This document shows, in pieces, positions 33,488 to 34,434 of a stretch of 34,434 nt of DNA. Under the pieces are notes generated by a model. It worked only from the letters and a program-made list of their open reading frames with translations. It was not told the origin of the DNA and did no database searches. A program made the translations under genes and the position numbers. The DNA is from Rhizaria sp. SCN 62-66 (lineage: Eukaryota). Position 1 is the stretch's first letter, and every line of letters begins with the position of its first letter. The DNA lies in NCBI GenBank assembly GCA_001724265.1, contig MEDY01000329.1, positions 1 through 34,434 on the forward strand, given 5' to 3'.

Positions 33488-34434
33488 TGCGCTGCGAATG
33501 ATCGTGACTGAACTTCACCTCTAATGTAGCACAAGATTATGTTGTAAGCTTATCATTATTTCGGGTGTGATTTATGATCGTTCTTTGCGGATCTCAACAT
33601 ATATTCTGTTGGTTCAAGTTATGCTGGTGTTGTAGTTGTATAAGGTTTCATAAGTTCACGCGCATCAGTGTCTCACGGAGACCTGAACTCAGAAAACCAC
33701 ATGTTCGAAGAGTTAGATTTGCACTGTTGACCTGTCTGCAGAATGTCATAGGTCTCAAAGCACTGCAACACATTTGCATCAAAGGGTTGCGCACTATTAT
33801 CGCTTGTGGACGCACTAGAGCCCTTCACACACGACATCACACGCCCGACTGGCACAGCGCCGCGCAACAAAGTGGCAGCGCAAGGCCTGAACACGATAAA
33901 CCATGGGGAGTCAAATGCCGGGTATCTACCCTCTCCATCACGAGGCACAACTTCGCGAGGATACATCAGCACTGTGCCGACTGGATATGTCACGTTTGCG
34001 CTGGCAGCGGGCGCCGTGTACTCACCGTAAACAATGTCGGTCTCAGGAAGTGTGATGGGTGACTTGGCACAGGAGGGGCCGTGCTCTAGATGATGCAGCG
34101 TGACAAACGGCTGACGCGTGCCCGGAGACTGGCCTGAAGAGACAAAACATTGATGCAATTTGTTACCCAATGCGTAACTTTGAGCTGCAGTGCGGAAGTG
34201 TGCGGCGTTATGAGGGAACCGCTTGTCGTCAAGACGGATCACCATGCGATGCACGCCGTAGCTTGTAGTGTTATTTGCATCCCATAATTTAACAGACATT
34301 ACTACATCAGATGTCATGTGCCCATTCCCCAACTCCTGCCGAGCATATGCCAGAATACGATCGCGAGCCTTTGTTTGCAGCTGCGTGAGTGCCGCAGGAG
34401 GTGGGACTCCATGATCCCTCACAGGAGCGGGAGA
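33488..34434 (-). repeat. Right arm of the inverted duplication (pairs with 1289-2132; runs off the window edge)
   Basis: The reverse complement aligns to 1289-2132 with scattered substitutions, small indels and an extra 87 nt at 33598-33684. Confidence 0.95.
33673..34434 (-). CDS. 5'-truncated paralog (copy B) of the divergent cyclophilin-like protein
   Basis: The frame is open from the window edge (SPAPVRDHGVPPP..). The translation is largely identical to the C-terminal third of copy A and ends at TGA 33675-33673. Confidence 0.85.
   Translation of the reverse strand, partial: SPAPVRDHGVPPPAALTQLQTKARDRILAYARQELGNGHMTSDVVMSVKLWDANNTTSYGVHRMVIRLDDKRFPHNAAHFRTAAQSYALGNKLHQCFVSSGQSPGTRQPFVTLHHLEHGPSCAKSPITLPETDIVYGEYTAPAASANVTYPVGTVLMYPREVVPRDGEGRYPAFDSPWFIVFRPCAATLLRGAVPVGRVMSCVKGSSASTSDNSAQPFDANVLQCFETYDILQTGQQCKSNSSNMWFSEFRSP

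Noticed and set aside
1-34434. CRISPR arrays, prokaryotic operons or transposase/reverse transcriptase genes
   Set aside because: None seen. The repeats are coding micro/minisatellites and the gene structure is spliceosomal-eukaryotic.

Overview
This is eukaryotic (probably flagellated-protist) genomic DNA with GC-rich, low-complexity coding sequence and short AT-rich introns and spacers. It holds four genes. (1) A 5'-truncated + strand gene (<2-2083) with an Ala/Lys/Glu repeat and a divergent cyclophilin-like C-terminal domain. (2) A giant - strand gene (26001-3060, two GT-AG introns, about 7,544 aa) whose conserved islands resemble CCDC180/CFAP76. (3) A divergently transcribed + strand Ser/Gln/Ala/Cys-rich gene (26968-32860, one intron, about 1,905 aa). 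(4) An inverted paralog of gene 1 at the right edge (33673->34434). The main discovery: genes 2 and 3 stay in frame across isolated TAG codons (4773, 28909, 30259, possibly 26869) with no frameshift and no internal TAA or TGA, while all four predicted gene ends are TAA or TGA. The CCDC180-like C-terminus lies downstream of one TAG. This points to a nuclear genetic code in which UAG alone is a sense codon, most likely Gln. All homology calls are by eye; no searches were run.
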